From NCBI GenBank assembly GCA_020348925.1, contig CP070758.1, positions 186,001 to 250,000 on the forward strand: a stretch of 64,000 nt of DNA, in the 5' to 3' direction. Source of the stretch: Gemmatimonadota bacterium (lineage in GTDB: Bacteria > JBHIER01 > G020348925). The position numbers and the translations under genes were made by a program. The notes below the pieces were generated by a model, which saw nothing but the letters and a program-made list of their open reading frames with translations, searched no databases and was not told the origin of the DNA. Below are positions 32,690 through 43,161 of the stretch, in pieces. The number at the start of each line of letters is the position of its first letter. The stretch's first letter is position 1.

Positions 32690-35479
32690 ATGAAAATATG
32701 TGCCAAGGTCACCTTCTTGCTCTTACTGCTCCCAGGTATTGTATACACACAAGGAACCGTTGAACGTACTTCATTTATGAGTACCATACTGGGAAGCTCG
32801 AGAACATTTGAAATATATTTACCGGAAGGATACGATCCTGACGAACCACTTCGATATCCGGTCGTCTATTTTCTTCACGGGAGCGGATTCGCCACATACC
32901 CGGAGATATACACTGCTCTGGATATTCTGATCGGGGACGGTGCTGTCAATCCGATGATTCTCGTTCAGCCGGACGGTTTAGTGGGTTCTTACGCCAGCTA
33001 TCACACGAACTCCGAGTTGTGGGGAGATTTTGAGGACTTCACAACAGGCGAGCTTATTGAATATGTAAATTCATTGTATAAAACCATCCCTTCGCCGGCG
33101 AGGCAGTGCATTATGGCACATTCCTGGGGAGGATACAGCTGCATGAAGGTGGCCTTGAAACACCCTGACCTGTATCTTGCCGTGGCCTCGCACGGAGGTA
33201 CCCCTGATCTCAACGTGGGCGTTTCGGTCTGGCGACCCCATGTTCTGGCCGAACACGGGAATTCTCCACCTTATGAGTACGATCCCAATGCAGGTGTTTT
33301 TTCAATATCGTTGTATGGCTGGGCCACCGCTTTTTCGCCGAACCTCGATAATCCTCCGCTTAATGTCGATTTTCCTCTGGACGCCAACGGAGCTATTGTC
33401 GATTCGGTGTTGTCGATATGGCGCCCGCACAACCCTACCCATCTCGCATCTCAACTCCCTCCAGACAACAATCTGACCATATATTTTGAATGTGGGACAA
33501 ACGACGAGTTCGAATGTTATTCCATGAATGCTGCTTTTGCAGAATCCCTTGACGCCTTGGGAATACCCCACGATTTCCGATCGTATCCAGGTGACCATTT
33601 CGGCCAGTTGGAAGAACGTTTCCAAATTTCATTGGCCTTTCTCGATTCTCTCATGAAAGTTAGGCCCGCCATCTATATTCAGCCCGATTTTATAGGTGAA
33701 CCTTTTACGGGCCATGCACCGCTAACTGTTCAATTCACAGACCTCTCCTTTGCCAACCCGCCGGTAACAGCTCGTGCTTGGGATTTTGATAACAACGGTA
33801 TTATTGATTCCGAAGAACCGTCTCCGATCTGGATTTATGAGCAGCCGGGCATATACACCGTGCGTATTGAAGTCTCCAGCGATTCACTTTCAAGTGAACG
33901 GATCGACGAGGACTACATTCAGGTCTTCGACGGTGAAAGCGCCCTCTTGTTTACAGGCAATAGTAGCTGCGCCACCTGTCCCGCAGCACCTCATCTTAAC
34001 CTCACCGAGGCAATCACCATTGAGGCATGGATTCACCCTACCGGATGGGGAACATTTGAAACATTCGGGCTCGGACGAATATTTGACAAACAGAACATCT
34101 CCTTGTATCTCGTCGACTCGTATCTTTCCTACAATTCTCACAGTCTCGTTTTCCACCTTATTCATGAAAACGGAACGGTGAGTTATACGAATACTCCTGA
34201 AGGGTCGATTGTTCTCAATGAATGGCAGCATATTGCAGTAACGTATAATGGTGAAAACATTGTTAACATCTACATCAACGGCATCGAACAACCGGTCTGG
34301 CACGCAATTCCACCCTCAGGCAATATCCAAGAGAACGATGATGAAGATGTAATATTGGGCAATTCTTCAGACCACAGCTGGACATTCGATGGTCGCATAG
34401 ATGAAGTGCGTATCTGGAATGTAACCCGCACTGCAGAGAAAATCCGTGAGAACATGGATGTCTCTCTGTGCGACAATGAGCCAGATTTGGTGGGCTACTG
34501 GCAGATGAATGAGGGAAACGGTGAGACGATTCTGGACAAATCCGGACATGATCATACCGGAGTCTTATTCGATGTATTATGGAGAGACGGTGCGCCTCTG
34601 AGTCAATCATCGGCGGATAGTGATGAAGACGGAATCTCCGATTGTATTGATAACTGTCTTAACCAATTCAATCCAATGCAAGAGGATAACGACGAAGACG
34701 GTGTGGGTGATGTCTGCGACAATTGTCCGGAGATGAGGAATCCTGAACAGGCGGATGCTGACAATGACGGAACGGGTGATGTCTGCGATTCGTGCACGGA
34801 TATAGACGATGACGGTTACGGAAATCCGGGCTACACTGCGAACACCTGCGATGAGGACAACTGTCCCGGAGTTTATAATCCGGATCAGCTCCCCTTTGAT
34901 CAGGGTGATCTGGACTGCAACAGCGGGATCGATGTCCTTGATGTGCTGGCCGTGATCAACCACATCCTGGCCTCTGCCCCACTCCACGGCAAAGTCCTCG
35001 ACCGGGCCGACTGCAACGGCGATGGAGGTGTCGATATTCTGGATGCCCTGGGTATTATAAATGTTATTCTCGGAACAGGTGAGTGCATTCCGACAGCCTT
35101 GAGACCATCACTCACACCTGAAGTATTGCAGTTCTGCGAATCGTTAAGATCCTATCTCCCTCATGAAGACTTTTCTCGTTTCATGATTCTTGTAAAGGCG
35201 GAATGCCACACTCCTTCCGAGTATTATCTCTATCAGAATTATCCCAATCCCTTCAACCCTGAGACACAGATTGCCTTTGATCTTCCCCAGGCATCAAGGG
35301 CGACGATCACGATATACAACCTGTTGGGTCAGATTGTGGACGTGTTGTTCGATGGAGAGGCGAATGCAGGCCGCCATGCGGTCATGTGGAATGCTTCTGA
35401 AATCTCAAGCGGTATCTATCTCTATCAATTAAAAACGAGAGATCTCACAATTACGAAAAAAATGGCGCTGATAAAGTAA
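32690..35479 (+). CDS. Secreted esterase (alpha/beta hydrolase) + PKD + LamG + TSP3 + dockerin + C-terminal sorting domain
   Basis: YPVVYFLHG, AHSWGG nucleophile elbow, PGDH; WDFD PKD; W.HIAVT and F.G.IDEVRIW LamG; DNCP..NP.Q.D repeats; duplicated DxNxDG dockerin; NYPNPFNP. Confidence 0.88.
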   Translation: MKICAKVTFLLLLLPGIVYTQGTVERTSFMSTILGSSRTFEIYLPEGYDPDEPLRYPVVYFLHGSGFATYPEIYTALDILIGDGAVNPMILVQPDGLVGSYASYHTNSELWGDFEDFTTGELIEYVNSLYKTIPSPARQCIMAHSWGGYSCMKVALKHPDLYLAVASHGGTPDLNVGVSVWRPHVLAEHGNSPPYEYDPNAGVFSISLYGWATAFSPNLDNPPLNVDFPLDANGAIVDSVLSIWRPHNPTHLASQLPPDNNLTIYFECGTNDEFECYSMNAAFAESLDALGIPHDFRSYPGDHFGQLEERFQISLAFLDSLMKVRPAIYIQPDFIGEPFTGHAPLTVQFTDLSFANPPVTARAWDFDNNGIIDSEEPSPIWIYEQPGIYTVRIEVSSDSLSSERIDEDYIQVFDGESALLFTGNSSCATCPAAPHLNLTEAITIEAWIHPTGWGTFETFGLGRIFDKQNISLYLVDSYLSYNSHSLVFHLIHENGTVSYTNTPEGSIVLNEWQHIAVTYNGENIVNIYINGIEQPVWHAIPPSGNIQENDDEDVILGNSSDHSWTFDGRIDEVRIWNVTRTAEKIRENMDVSLCDNEPDLVGYWQMNEGNGETILDKSGHDHTGVLFDVLWRDGAPLSQSSADSDEDGISDCIDNCLNQFNPMQEDNDEDGVGDVCDNCPEMRNPEQADADNDGTGDVCDSCTDIDDDGYGNPGYTANTCDEDNCPGVYNPDQLPFDQGDLDCNSGIDVLDVLAVINHILASAPLHGKVLDRADCNGDGGVDILDALGIINVILGTGECIPTALRPSLTPEVLQFCESLRSYLPHEDFSRFMILVKAECHTPSEYYLYQNYPNPFNPETQIAFDLPQASRATITIYNLLGQIVDVLFDGEANAGRHAVMWNASEISSGIYLYQLKTRDLTITKKMALIK

Positions 35480-35502
35480 TCATCATTATCATGGAGGATC
35501 AC

Positions 35503-38490
35503 ATGAAGAGAATGTCTCTCGCTTTGATTGTTGCGGTCCTAATTACGACCTCTGCCCATGCCGAGGCAGAAACAGTTCGAGCCGGAATAGCCTCCCAAAA
35601 CCACATCCCATCACACATGGCGCATGTGCACGTACCGTTTATCCCCAACGATGGGCACTTCGACGAACAGGTGGCGTATTCCGCCCGGACATTCGGGGGG
35701 ACTGTATTCATTACGCATGATGGTGACATCGTCTATTCCCTGCAAAATGCTAATGAAGACGCTACAATCAAAGGCGTGGCTCTCAGAGAACATTTTATCG
35801 GTTTCTCATGTATACACTCATCGGGCGAGGATCCATCTGTCGCTACCGTAAACCACTTTAAGGGAAACGACCCGTCGAAGTGGAACAGTAATATTCCCAC
35901 TTACGGGCTGGTAAGTCTCGGTGAGGTATACGAAGGTATTATCGTAAAGCTCAAGGCCCACGGGAACAACGTTGAGAAGCTCTTCTTTGTGCAGCCCTGG
36001 GCCGATCCAAGGGATATCCGGATAGAACTTTCCGGTGCGGACGGCCTGGGATTAAACGATGCTGGCGAATTGGAGGCAACGACGCCTCTCGGACCGATCT
36101 CCTTTTCCAAACCCGTCGCTTATCAGGAGGTTTTCTGTCATCGAGCATACGTCGAGGTCACCTACACAGTGAAGGGTAACGAGTACGGCTTCAGTGTCGG
36201 GGACCATAATCCTGAAATTCCTCTCATCATCGATCCACTTTTGGCCTCCACATTTCTTGGGGGCAGCAATACCGATGATGATTACGAGCCTGTCGTCGCT
36301 CTCGATGAAAGCGGAAACGTATTTATCAGCAGCTACACCTATTCCACCGATTTTCCGACGTCCCCCGGCGTTTACGACGGAAGTTTGAACAGCACCATCG
36401 ATTGTTTCGTATCAAAGTTTGACAGCGATCTGACGACCCTCCTCGCATCCACATTTCTCGGAGGGAGTTCCGGTCAGTGGGGCTCTTCAATAATTGTAAA
36501 TACGACCGGAGAGATTTATGTTTGTGGCTATACGGAATCTCCTGATTTTCCAACTACCTTCAATGCCTTCGATACAGATCACAACGGAGGTAGAGATCTC
36601 TTTGTATCAAAGTTTAATAGCAATCTTACATCGCTGCTGGCCTCAACTTTCCTGGGAGGAAGTGAGAATGAAGGTGACCAGTGGCCGAGAACGGGCTTGG
36701 ACCTTGACGGGAGCGGGAATGTCTTTGTGACCGGTCTCACCAGGTCCTCGGATTTCCCAACGACATCCGGTGTCTACGATGAAGAATACAACGGTGGAAC
36801 CGGAGGGGGAGACGTCTTTCTGGCAAAATTTAACAGGAATCTGACGACACTTCTTTCCTCCACATTCCTCGGGGGGAGCGGTGTTGAGTGGCGACCCACA
36901 ATAGCCCTGGATGGAAACGAGTCCATCTACCTGATTGGCGAGACCCAGTCATACAATTTTCCGACGACCTCAGGCGCATATGACCCGAGTTTCAACGGTT
37001 TTTCAGACATATTTGTAGCAAAGCTAGCGACTGATCTCACGACGCTGTTCGCTTCCACCTACTTCGGAGGAAACAGTAGTGAAGAGGCTCTTTCGATACA
37101 GGTGGATGAAGATGGACAGGTTTACATAGCCGGATACACCTGGTCGCCAAACTTTCCCAGCACTCCTGATGTGTACGATCCCAGTTTCAACGGTTCACGA
37201 GACGCGTTTATTGCTATATTTGACAACGATCTGACAACGCTTCGGGCCGCCACGTTCCTTGGTGGAAGCGACCAAGATAACTGTCGATCCATGGTCCTGG
37301 ATGAAAGTGGGAACGTCTATGTAACCGGCAACACGTTATCATTTAATTTTCCCACCACGCCCGGCGCCTATGATGAAACGTACAACGGCGGTACTCCGCA
37401 CGGAGATGCTCTTGTGGCAAAATTGAACAGCGACCTGACATTGCTTTTGGTCTCAACCTACTTCGGAGGAACGCTCGACGACGTTGTTGACCGCATGGCC
37501 ATAGATGACGACAATAATGTTTATCTTGCCGGCTCCACAACATCTTCGGATCTCCCCACAACGTCCGATGCTTACGACAGAACATACAACGGCGGCGGTG
37601 ATGACGTCTTTGTTACCAAGTTCTATCTGGAATCGGATTTCGACGAAGACGGGTGGCCCAATGTGGTTGACAATTGTATGTATGACTACAACCCGGGCCA
37701 GGAGGATTCCGACGGGGATCAGGTCGGGGACATGTGCGACAACTGTCCGAACAATTCTAATCCGGATCAGACCGACAGTGATAGTGACGACTCAGGGGAT
37801 GCTTGTGACAACTGTCCGAATGATCCCAATCCGGATCAAACCGACGAGGACGGTGATGACTCAGGAGATTTTTGTGACAACTGTCCCGACGATTCGAATC
37901 CCGATCAGGAAGATGCGGACCATGATGGAAGAGGTGATGTTTGCGATCCATGTCCGCATGATCCGGACAACGATGCGGATGAAGACGAATTGTGTGCAGA
38001 TGAAGACAACTGTTCACATGACTACAATCCTGACCAGCTTGATAGTGATGAAGATTCTGCTGGAGATATCTGCGACAATTGTCCGGAATCTGCCAATCCC
38101 GATCAAATGGATGCCGACAATGATGATTTCGGCGATGTCTGCGATTCGTGCACGGACACTGACGGCGACGGATTTGGAAATCCGGACTATCCTGACAATA
38201 CGTGTGAGAGTGACAACTGTCCCGGTACCTATAACCCGGATCAGGAGGACGGCGATGGTGATGGAGTCGGTGATGCCTGCGAATTTATGCAGGGTGATAT
38301 AAACGGCGACGGGAATACCGACGTCCTGGATGCACTGGCTGTGGTCAACCATATCCTGGGCACAGATCCTCTGATCGAGGATTCCTTCAATCGTGCCGAC
38401 TGCAACGGCGACGGTGGTGTCGATATCCTGGATGCCCTGGGTATCATAAATGTAATACTGGGTACAGGCGAGTGTGCTTCTGGCATTTAG
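35503..38490 (+). CDS. Secreted SBBP beta-propeller repeat protein + TSP3 + dockerin (sorting domain lost)
   Basis: FIPN.G N-domain; repeated ASTFLGGS...G.T.S.DFPTT..AYD; many DNCP repeats; dockerin; GGAGG RBS before 35503. Confidence 0.88.
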   Translation: MKRMSLALIVAVLITTSAHAEAETVRAGIASQNHIPSHMAHVHVPFIPNDGHFDEQVAYSARTFGGTVFITHDGDIVYSLQNANEDATIKGVALREHFIGFSCIHSSGEDPSVATVNHFKGNDPSKWNSNIPTYGLVSLGEVYEGIIVKLKAHGNNVEKLFFVQPWADPRDIRIELSGADGLGLNDAGELEATTPLGPISFSKPVAYQEVFCHRAYVEVTYTVKGNEYGFSVGDHNPEIPLIIDPLLASTFLGGSNTDDDYEPVVALDESGNVFISSYTYSTDFPTSPGVYDGSLNSTIDCFVSKFDSDLTTLLASTFLGGSSGQWGSSIIVNTTGEIYVCGYTESPDFPTTFNAFDTDHNGGRDLFVSKFNSNLTSLLASTFLGGSENEGDQWPRTGLDLDGSGNVFVTGLTRSSDFPTTSGVYDEEYNGGTGGGDVFLAKFNRNLTTLLSSTFLGGSGVEWRPTIALDGNESIYLIGETQSYNFPTTSGAYDPSFNGFSDIFVAKLATDLTTLFASTYFGGNSSEEALSIQVDEDGQVYIAGYTWSPNFPSTPDVYDPSFNGSRDAFIAIFDNDLTTLRAATFLGGSDQDNCRSMVLDESGNVYVTGNTLSFNFPTTPGAYDETYNGGTPHGDALVAKLNSDLTLLLVSTYFGGTLDDVVDRMAIDDDNNVYLAGSTTSSDLPTTSDAYDRTYNGGGDDVFVTKFYLESDFDEDGWPNVVDNCMYDYNPGQEDSDGDQVGDMCDNCPNNSNPDQTDSDSDDSGDACDNCPNDPNPDQTDEDGDDSGDFCDNCPDDSNPDQEDADHDGRGDVCDPCPHDPDNDADEDELCADEDNCSHDYNPDQLDSDEDSAGDICDNCPESANPDQMDADNDDFGDVCDSCTDTDGDGFGNPDYPDNTCESDNCPGTYNPDQEDGDGDGVGDACEFMQGDINGDGNTDVLDALAVVNHILGTDPLIEDSFNRADCNGDGGVDILDALGIINVILGTGECASGI

Positions 38491-38653
38491 AGATCATTGA
38501 TCACTCCTGAAGTGATTCGATTCCTGCAATCCCTTCGAGCCTTCCTGACGGATGAGGATTTTGCTCAATGTTTGATACTTCATATAAAACCATGTTCGAG
38601 AAGAGTATTCTCTTTTTGAAATTATCCCAATCCATATAATCGTGGAGGATTAC

Positions 38654-41600
38654 ATGAAAATAACGTCACTCGTTTTGATAATCGCTGTCGGAATCATGAT
38701 CTCTGCAAATGCTCAGATCTTTGAAAATCAAGTGAGCACGTCAGGCAAAGATAACACTGCTCTAACCACAGAAACCCGCCTCTCATCGCAAATGGCAAGT
38801 CTGCACATTCCTTTCATTGCCAATGACGGACAATACGACGAACAGGTGGCGTATTCCGCCCGGACATTCGGGGGGACTGTATTCATTACGCATGATGGTG
38901 ACATCGTCTATGCCCTGCAGCACGTTCAGCGGGACAACACACTCTCTGGTGTAGCTCTCAGAGAACAATTCGTCAGATTTTCACGCTTCCGGATAACTGG
39001 AGAGAACCTGTCCAATGCCACCATAAACAGTTTTACAGGAAACGACCGATCGATGCGGACACGGAACATTCCCGCCTACGACCTCGTGAATCTCGGTGAG
39101 GTATACGAAGGTATTATCGTAAAGCTCAAGGCCCACGGTAACAATGTTGAGAAGCTCTTCTGTGTGCAGCCCTGGGCCGATCCTGGGGACATCAGGGTAG
39201 AACTCTCCGGTGGGGACGGTTTACGGGTCAATCCTGCCGGTGAACTGGAGGCAATGACACCTCATGGGACGGTTTCCTTTACCAAACCAATTGCATATCA
39301 GGAAGCTTTCGGTCAGCGTTTTTTTGTCGAGGTCGCTTATCGAGTTCATGGAAATGAATATGGTTTCAGTGTCGGGAATTATAATCCTGAACTTCCTCTC
39401 ATTATTGATCCATTACTGGCTTCGACATTCCTTGGGGGAAGCGGTGACGAGGTAGCCTGGCCATCCGCCGGACTGGCCGTTGATGGTGAAGGCAACATAT
39501 ATGTTGCGGCGACCACATATTCAGCCGACTTCCCCGCAACCACCGGGACATACATGATCGACCACCAGGGCGGAAACACCGATGTGGTTCTATGCAAGTT
39601 CGACGGGGATCTCTCGACGCTGCTCGCAGCCACCTATCTCGGCGGAAATTCAGACGACGGGACGCCGTTCATCGCCATCGATGGAGATGGCAACATCTTC
39701 GTTACGGGTGAGACATCCTCATCGGACTTCCCCACCACGCCCGGTGCCTTCAGGGAGACCCGCCCCGGGCTCGTTGACGTTTTTGTCGCCAAGTTCAGCA
39801 ATGACCTCACGACGCTTCTGGCCAGCACCTATCTCGGCGGTTCGGTCCGCGACGATCACGCCAAAATCGCCGCGGACGACCTCGGCCACGTCTTTGTCAC
39901 CGGCCGAACCCAGTCATCCAACTTTCCCGTCACGGAGGGCGCTTTCGACGAGAGTCACAATCCGGGTTACGATGTTTTTCTGTCCAAGCTCAGCAATGAC
40001 CTGACGACCCTTCACGCTTCCACCTTCCTGGGACCCGGCTGCGCGGATGACCGTCCGGCCATCGATCTGGACCACGACGGCAATCCCGTCGTGACAGGGA
40101 CCACAGAATCGTTCTCCTTTCCGACCACTCCGGGAGCCTACCAGGAGTCCTTCGGGGGTCAACTCGATATCTACGTGGCGAAACTGAACGACGATCTCAG
40201 CGCCCTGGTCGCCTCGACCTTCATTGGATCGGCCAGCTTTGAAATGGGCTACGGCGTGGCCGTCAGCAGCGACAACTCCGTCTTTGTGACATCGCACCCC
40301 ACCGCCAGCTATCCCACCACCCCGGGTGCGTACCAGACGACCTTCGGCGGCGGCGTGGCGGACGCCGGCGTCGCCAAGCTGGACGCCGATCTGACCACAT
40401 TGGTCGCTTCAACGTATATCGGTGGCAACGCCAACGATGCCGCCATATCCGTTGCCCTTGATAACGACGGCAACGTCCTCGTGTCCGGCTACACCGACTC
40501 CCCGGATTTTCCCGTCACACCCTCAGCCATCGATCCTGACTACAACGGCTCAGACGACGGCTTTGTGGCCAAACTGTCACCGGATCTATCCACCCTTTTA
40601 ACGTCGACCTTTCTCGGCGGCTCTGCATCCGACGACGCAAATGCCGTTACCATCAATGACGAAGGTACAATCATCATCAGTGGCTCTACCGCTTCCACCA
40701 ATTTCCCCACTACAAGCGGTGCCTACGATGAAAGCCAAAACGGCGGCAGAGACGTTTTCGTTGCGCTGCTTGATTTCTCCCCCTTCACCCGCGTGACCGA
40801 CGGCGTCGTCGTCACTGATGGCGGACTGTCCGTGGGTGCCTGCTGGGTCGATTACGACGGGGACGATCTCCCCGACCTCTACGTGGTGAACGATGGAAAC
40901 GACGAGATATCCAGGAATAATTTTCTCTATCACAACGAGGGAGACGGGACATTCACCAGGGTTCACGATCAGCCCATGGCAAATGACGGCGCCAGCAGCT
41001 ACGGCGCCAGCTGGGCCGATTATGACAACGACGGAGATATCGACGTCGTTCTGGCCAACTTCAAGGGCTATGCCAATGTCCTCTATGTGAACGACGGGTT
41101 CGGCCATTTCACCGCGGACGTTGCCAATCCAATCAGCCAGGATGCGGCCGGCTCCACATCCCCCAGCTGGATCGACTACGACCTGGATGGCGACCTGGAC
41201 CTGTTCATCGCCAATTCATCCAACGACCTGGATGAATATCCGCCCTTCGAGAATTTTCTCTATCGCAATGATGAAGGGACATTCACCCGGATCACCACCG
41301 GTGACTTGGTCACCCTCGCCCGGCACACCTACGGAAACTGCTGGGGCGACTACGACAGTGACGGCGATCCCGATCTTGTCAATTCGAACAACATGCCGGA
41401 GCCTCTCGATCTGTTTCGCAACGACGGCTCGGGTACGTTCACGCGACTTCCCACCGATGTGTTCGGCTCTGTCAGTGCAAACGGAGGCGGCGCCGCCTGG
41501 GCCGACTACGATAACGACGGCGACCTGGATCTGTTTGTCGCCAACTTCTGGCCGGGACCGAGCTTCCTGTATCGGAACGACGGCGATGGTTCCCTCACCA

Positions 41601-43102
41601 ACCTCATCGGTCACGGCCTGGGCCTGGTTTCCGGCCGGGCCAACGGCGGCGCCTGGGCCGACTATGATAACGACGGTGACCAGGATATCTTTGTCTGGCT
41701 GAATGATTACGAGGTCCCTGCCAATGCCCTGGGGTATCTCTTTGTCAATAATGGAGACGGCTCTTTCACCAGGCTCTCCCCCGCTTCTTTCGAGTGCGAC
41801 GCCTGCAGAGGGAACACCGCCGTCTGGGGCGATTACGACCGGGACGGGGATCAGGACCTGTTCGTCGCCCGGGCCATGTGGGAGCTGGGGCACACCGACA
41901 ATTTGCTCTTTCGAAATAACACCTCCGGAAACCACTGGCTGGTCGTGAAGCCCACCGGTGTTTTATCGAACCGATCGGCCATCGGCGCCAAGGTCAGGGT
42001 AAAGGCGACCCTTGGCGGGAGCCCTGTCTGGCAGATGCGCGAATTGAGAAGTCAGACAGGCGCCCATGCCCAGAGTCCCCTGGAGACACACTTCGGCCTG
42101 GGGGATGCCACCATCATTGACTCGATAAGAATAGAATGGCCCAGCGGCATGGTCGACATTCTGACCGACGTGAATGTCGATCAATTCCTCGTCGTTACCG
42201 AAGGAGAATTCGGCGACCTGGACGGTGATGGCATTGCCGACATCATCGACAACTGTCCCAATAATCCCAATCCTGATCAAGAGGATAACGATGCCGATGG
42301 TGCAGGCGATATCTGCGACAACTGTCCGGACGACGCCAATCCGGATCAAGCGGATGCCGACAGCGACAACACCGGTGACGCCTGTGACCTTTGCACCGAC
42401 ACTGACGGCGACGAATACGGCGATCCTGGCTATCCGGCCAACACGTGCCAGGAGGACAACTGTCCGACCGTCCATAACCCGGATCAGGCTCAAGCCGAAC
42501 AGGGCAACATCAACTGCGACGGCGGAATCAACGTGCTGGATGTGCTGGCAACCATCAACCACATCTTGGGCATAACGCCCCTGGTCGGTGCCCCCCTCGA
42601 CCGAGCCGACTGCAACGGCGACGGCGGCGTCAATATTTTGGACGCTCTGGGTATCATTAACGTTATCCTCGGTACAGGCGAATGCGAACCAACAACCGCA
42701 AAACCCGTTCTCACTTCCAAAGTCATCCAGTTCTGCGAGTCGTTGGAGTCCTCTCTCACTCCTGAGCAATTTTCTCGGTTCATGGCGCTTGTGAGGGGAG
42801 AATCCCAAACTCCTGCGGAGTATGCTCTCTCCCAGAACTATCCCAATCCTTTCAACCCCTATACAGAAATCAGGTATCAGATCCCAGATGTGAGATTGCC
42901 CGCCCACACCACCCTGAAGATTTTCAACACTCTCGGACAGGAGATCCGGAGGTTAGTGGATGAACCTCAGGAGACCGGGTATTACACTGTTACATGGGAT
43001 GGCAGGGATGAACACGGTCATCCCGTGAGTTCAGGCGTGTACTTCTACCAAATAGTTGCGGAGGATTTTTACAAGACGAGGAAAATGTTGCTCTTGAAAT
43101 AA
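38654..43102 (+). CDS. Secreted SBBP + FG-GAP/VCBS + ASPIC/UnbV (CRTAC1-like) + TSP3 + dockerin + C-terminal sorting domain
   Basis: SBBP repeats; [13 protein letters not shown] repeats; N.SAIGAKV...HFGLG...[14 protein letters not shown]. Confidence 0.9.
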   Translation: MKITSLVLIIAVGIMISANAQIFENQVSTSGKDNTALTTETRLSSQMASLHIPFIANDGQYDEQVAYSARTFGGTVFITHDGDIVYALQHVQRDNTLSGVALREQFVRFSRFRITGENLSNATINSFTGNDRSMRTRNIPAYDLVNLGEVYEGIIVKLKAHGNNVEKLFCVQPWADPGDIRVELSGGDGLRVNPAGELEAMTPHGTVSFTKPIAYQEAFGQRFFVEVAYRVHGNEYGFSVGNYNPELPLIIDPLLASTFLGGSGDEVAWPSAGLAVDGEGNIYVAATTYSADFPATTGTYMIDHQGGNTDVVLCKFDGDLSTLLAATYLGGNSDDGTPFIAIDGDGNIFVTGETSSSDFPTTPGAFRETRPGLVDVFVAKFSNDLTTLLASTYLGGSVRDDHAKIAADDLGHVFVTGRTQSSNFPVTEGAFDESHNPGYDVFLSKLSNDLTTLHASTFLGPGCADDRPAIDLDHDGNPVVTGTTESFSFPTTPGAYQESFGGQLDIYVAKLNDDLSALVASTFIGSASFEMGYGVAVSSDNSVFVTSHPTASYPTTPGAYQTTFGGGVADAGVAKLDADLTTLVASTYIGGNANDAAISVALDNDGNVLVSGYTDSPDFPVTPSAIDPDYNGSDDGFVAKLSPDLSTLLTSTFLGGSASDDANAVTINDEGTIIISGSTASTNFPTTSGAYDESQNGGRDVFVALLDFSPFTRVTDGVVVTDGGLSVGACWVDYDGDDLPDLYVVNDGNDEISRNNFLYHNEGDGTFTRVHDQPMANDGASSYGASWADYDNDGDIDVVLANFKGYANVLYVNDGFGHFTADVANPISQDAAGSTSPSWIDYDLDGDLDLFIANSSNDLDEYPPFENFLYRNDEGTFTRITTGDLVTLARHTYGNCWGDYDSDGDPDLVNSNNMPEPLDLFRNDGSGTFTRLPTDVFGSVSANGGGAAWADYDNDGDLDLFVANFWPGPSFLYRNDGDGSLTNLIGHGLGLVSGRANGGAWADYDNDGDQDIFVWLNDYEVPANALGYLFVNNGDGSFTRLSPASFECDACRGNTAVWGDYDRDGDQDLFVARAMWELGHTDNLLFRNNTSGNHWLVVKPTGVLSNRSAIGAKVRVKATLGGSPVWQMRELRSQTGAHAQSPLETHFGLGDATIIDSIRIEWPSGMVDILTDVNVDQFLVVTEGEFGDLDGDGIADIIDNCPNNPNPDQEDNDADGAGDICDNCPDDANPDQADADSDNTGDACDLCTDTDGDEYGDPGYPANTCQEDNCPTVHNPDQAQAEQGNINCDGGINVLDVLATINHILGITPLVGAPLDRADCNGDGGVNILDALGIINVILGTGECEPTTAKPVLTSKVIQFCESLESSLTPEQFSRFMALVRGESQTPAEYALSQNYPNPFNPYTEIRYQIPDVRLPAHTTLKIFNTLGQEIRRLVDEPQETGYYTVTWDGRDEHGHPVSSGVYFYQIVAEDFYKTRKMLLLK

Positions 43103-43161
43103 GCCTCGGCGGATTTCGAAAAACTCTTTTCCCAAATCCTGGAGATCAAGGGGAGGATTGA

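Noticed and set aside
38488-38490. Pyrrolysine or amber read-through
   Set aside because: Downstream sequence is degenerate, frameshifted and truncated, which fits decay
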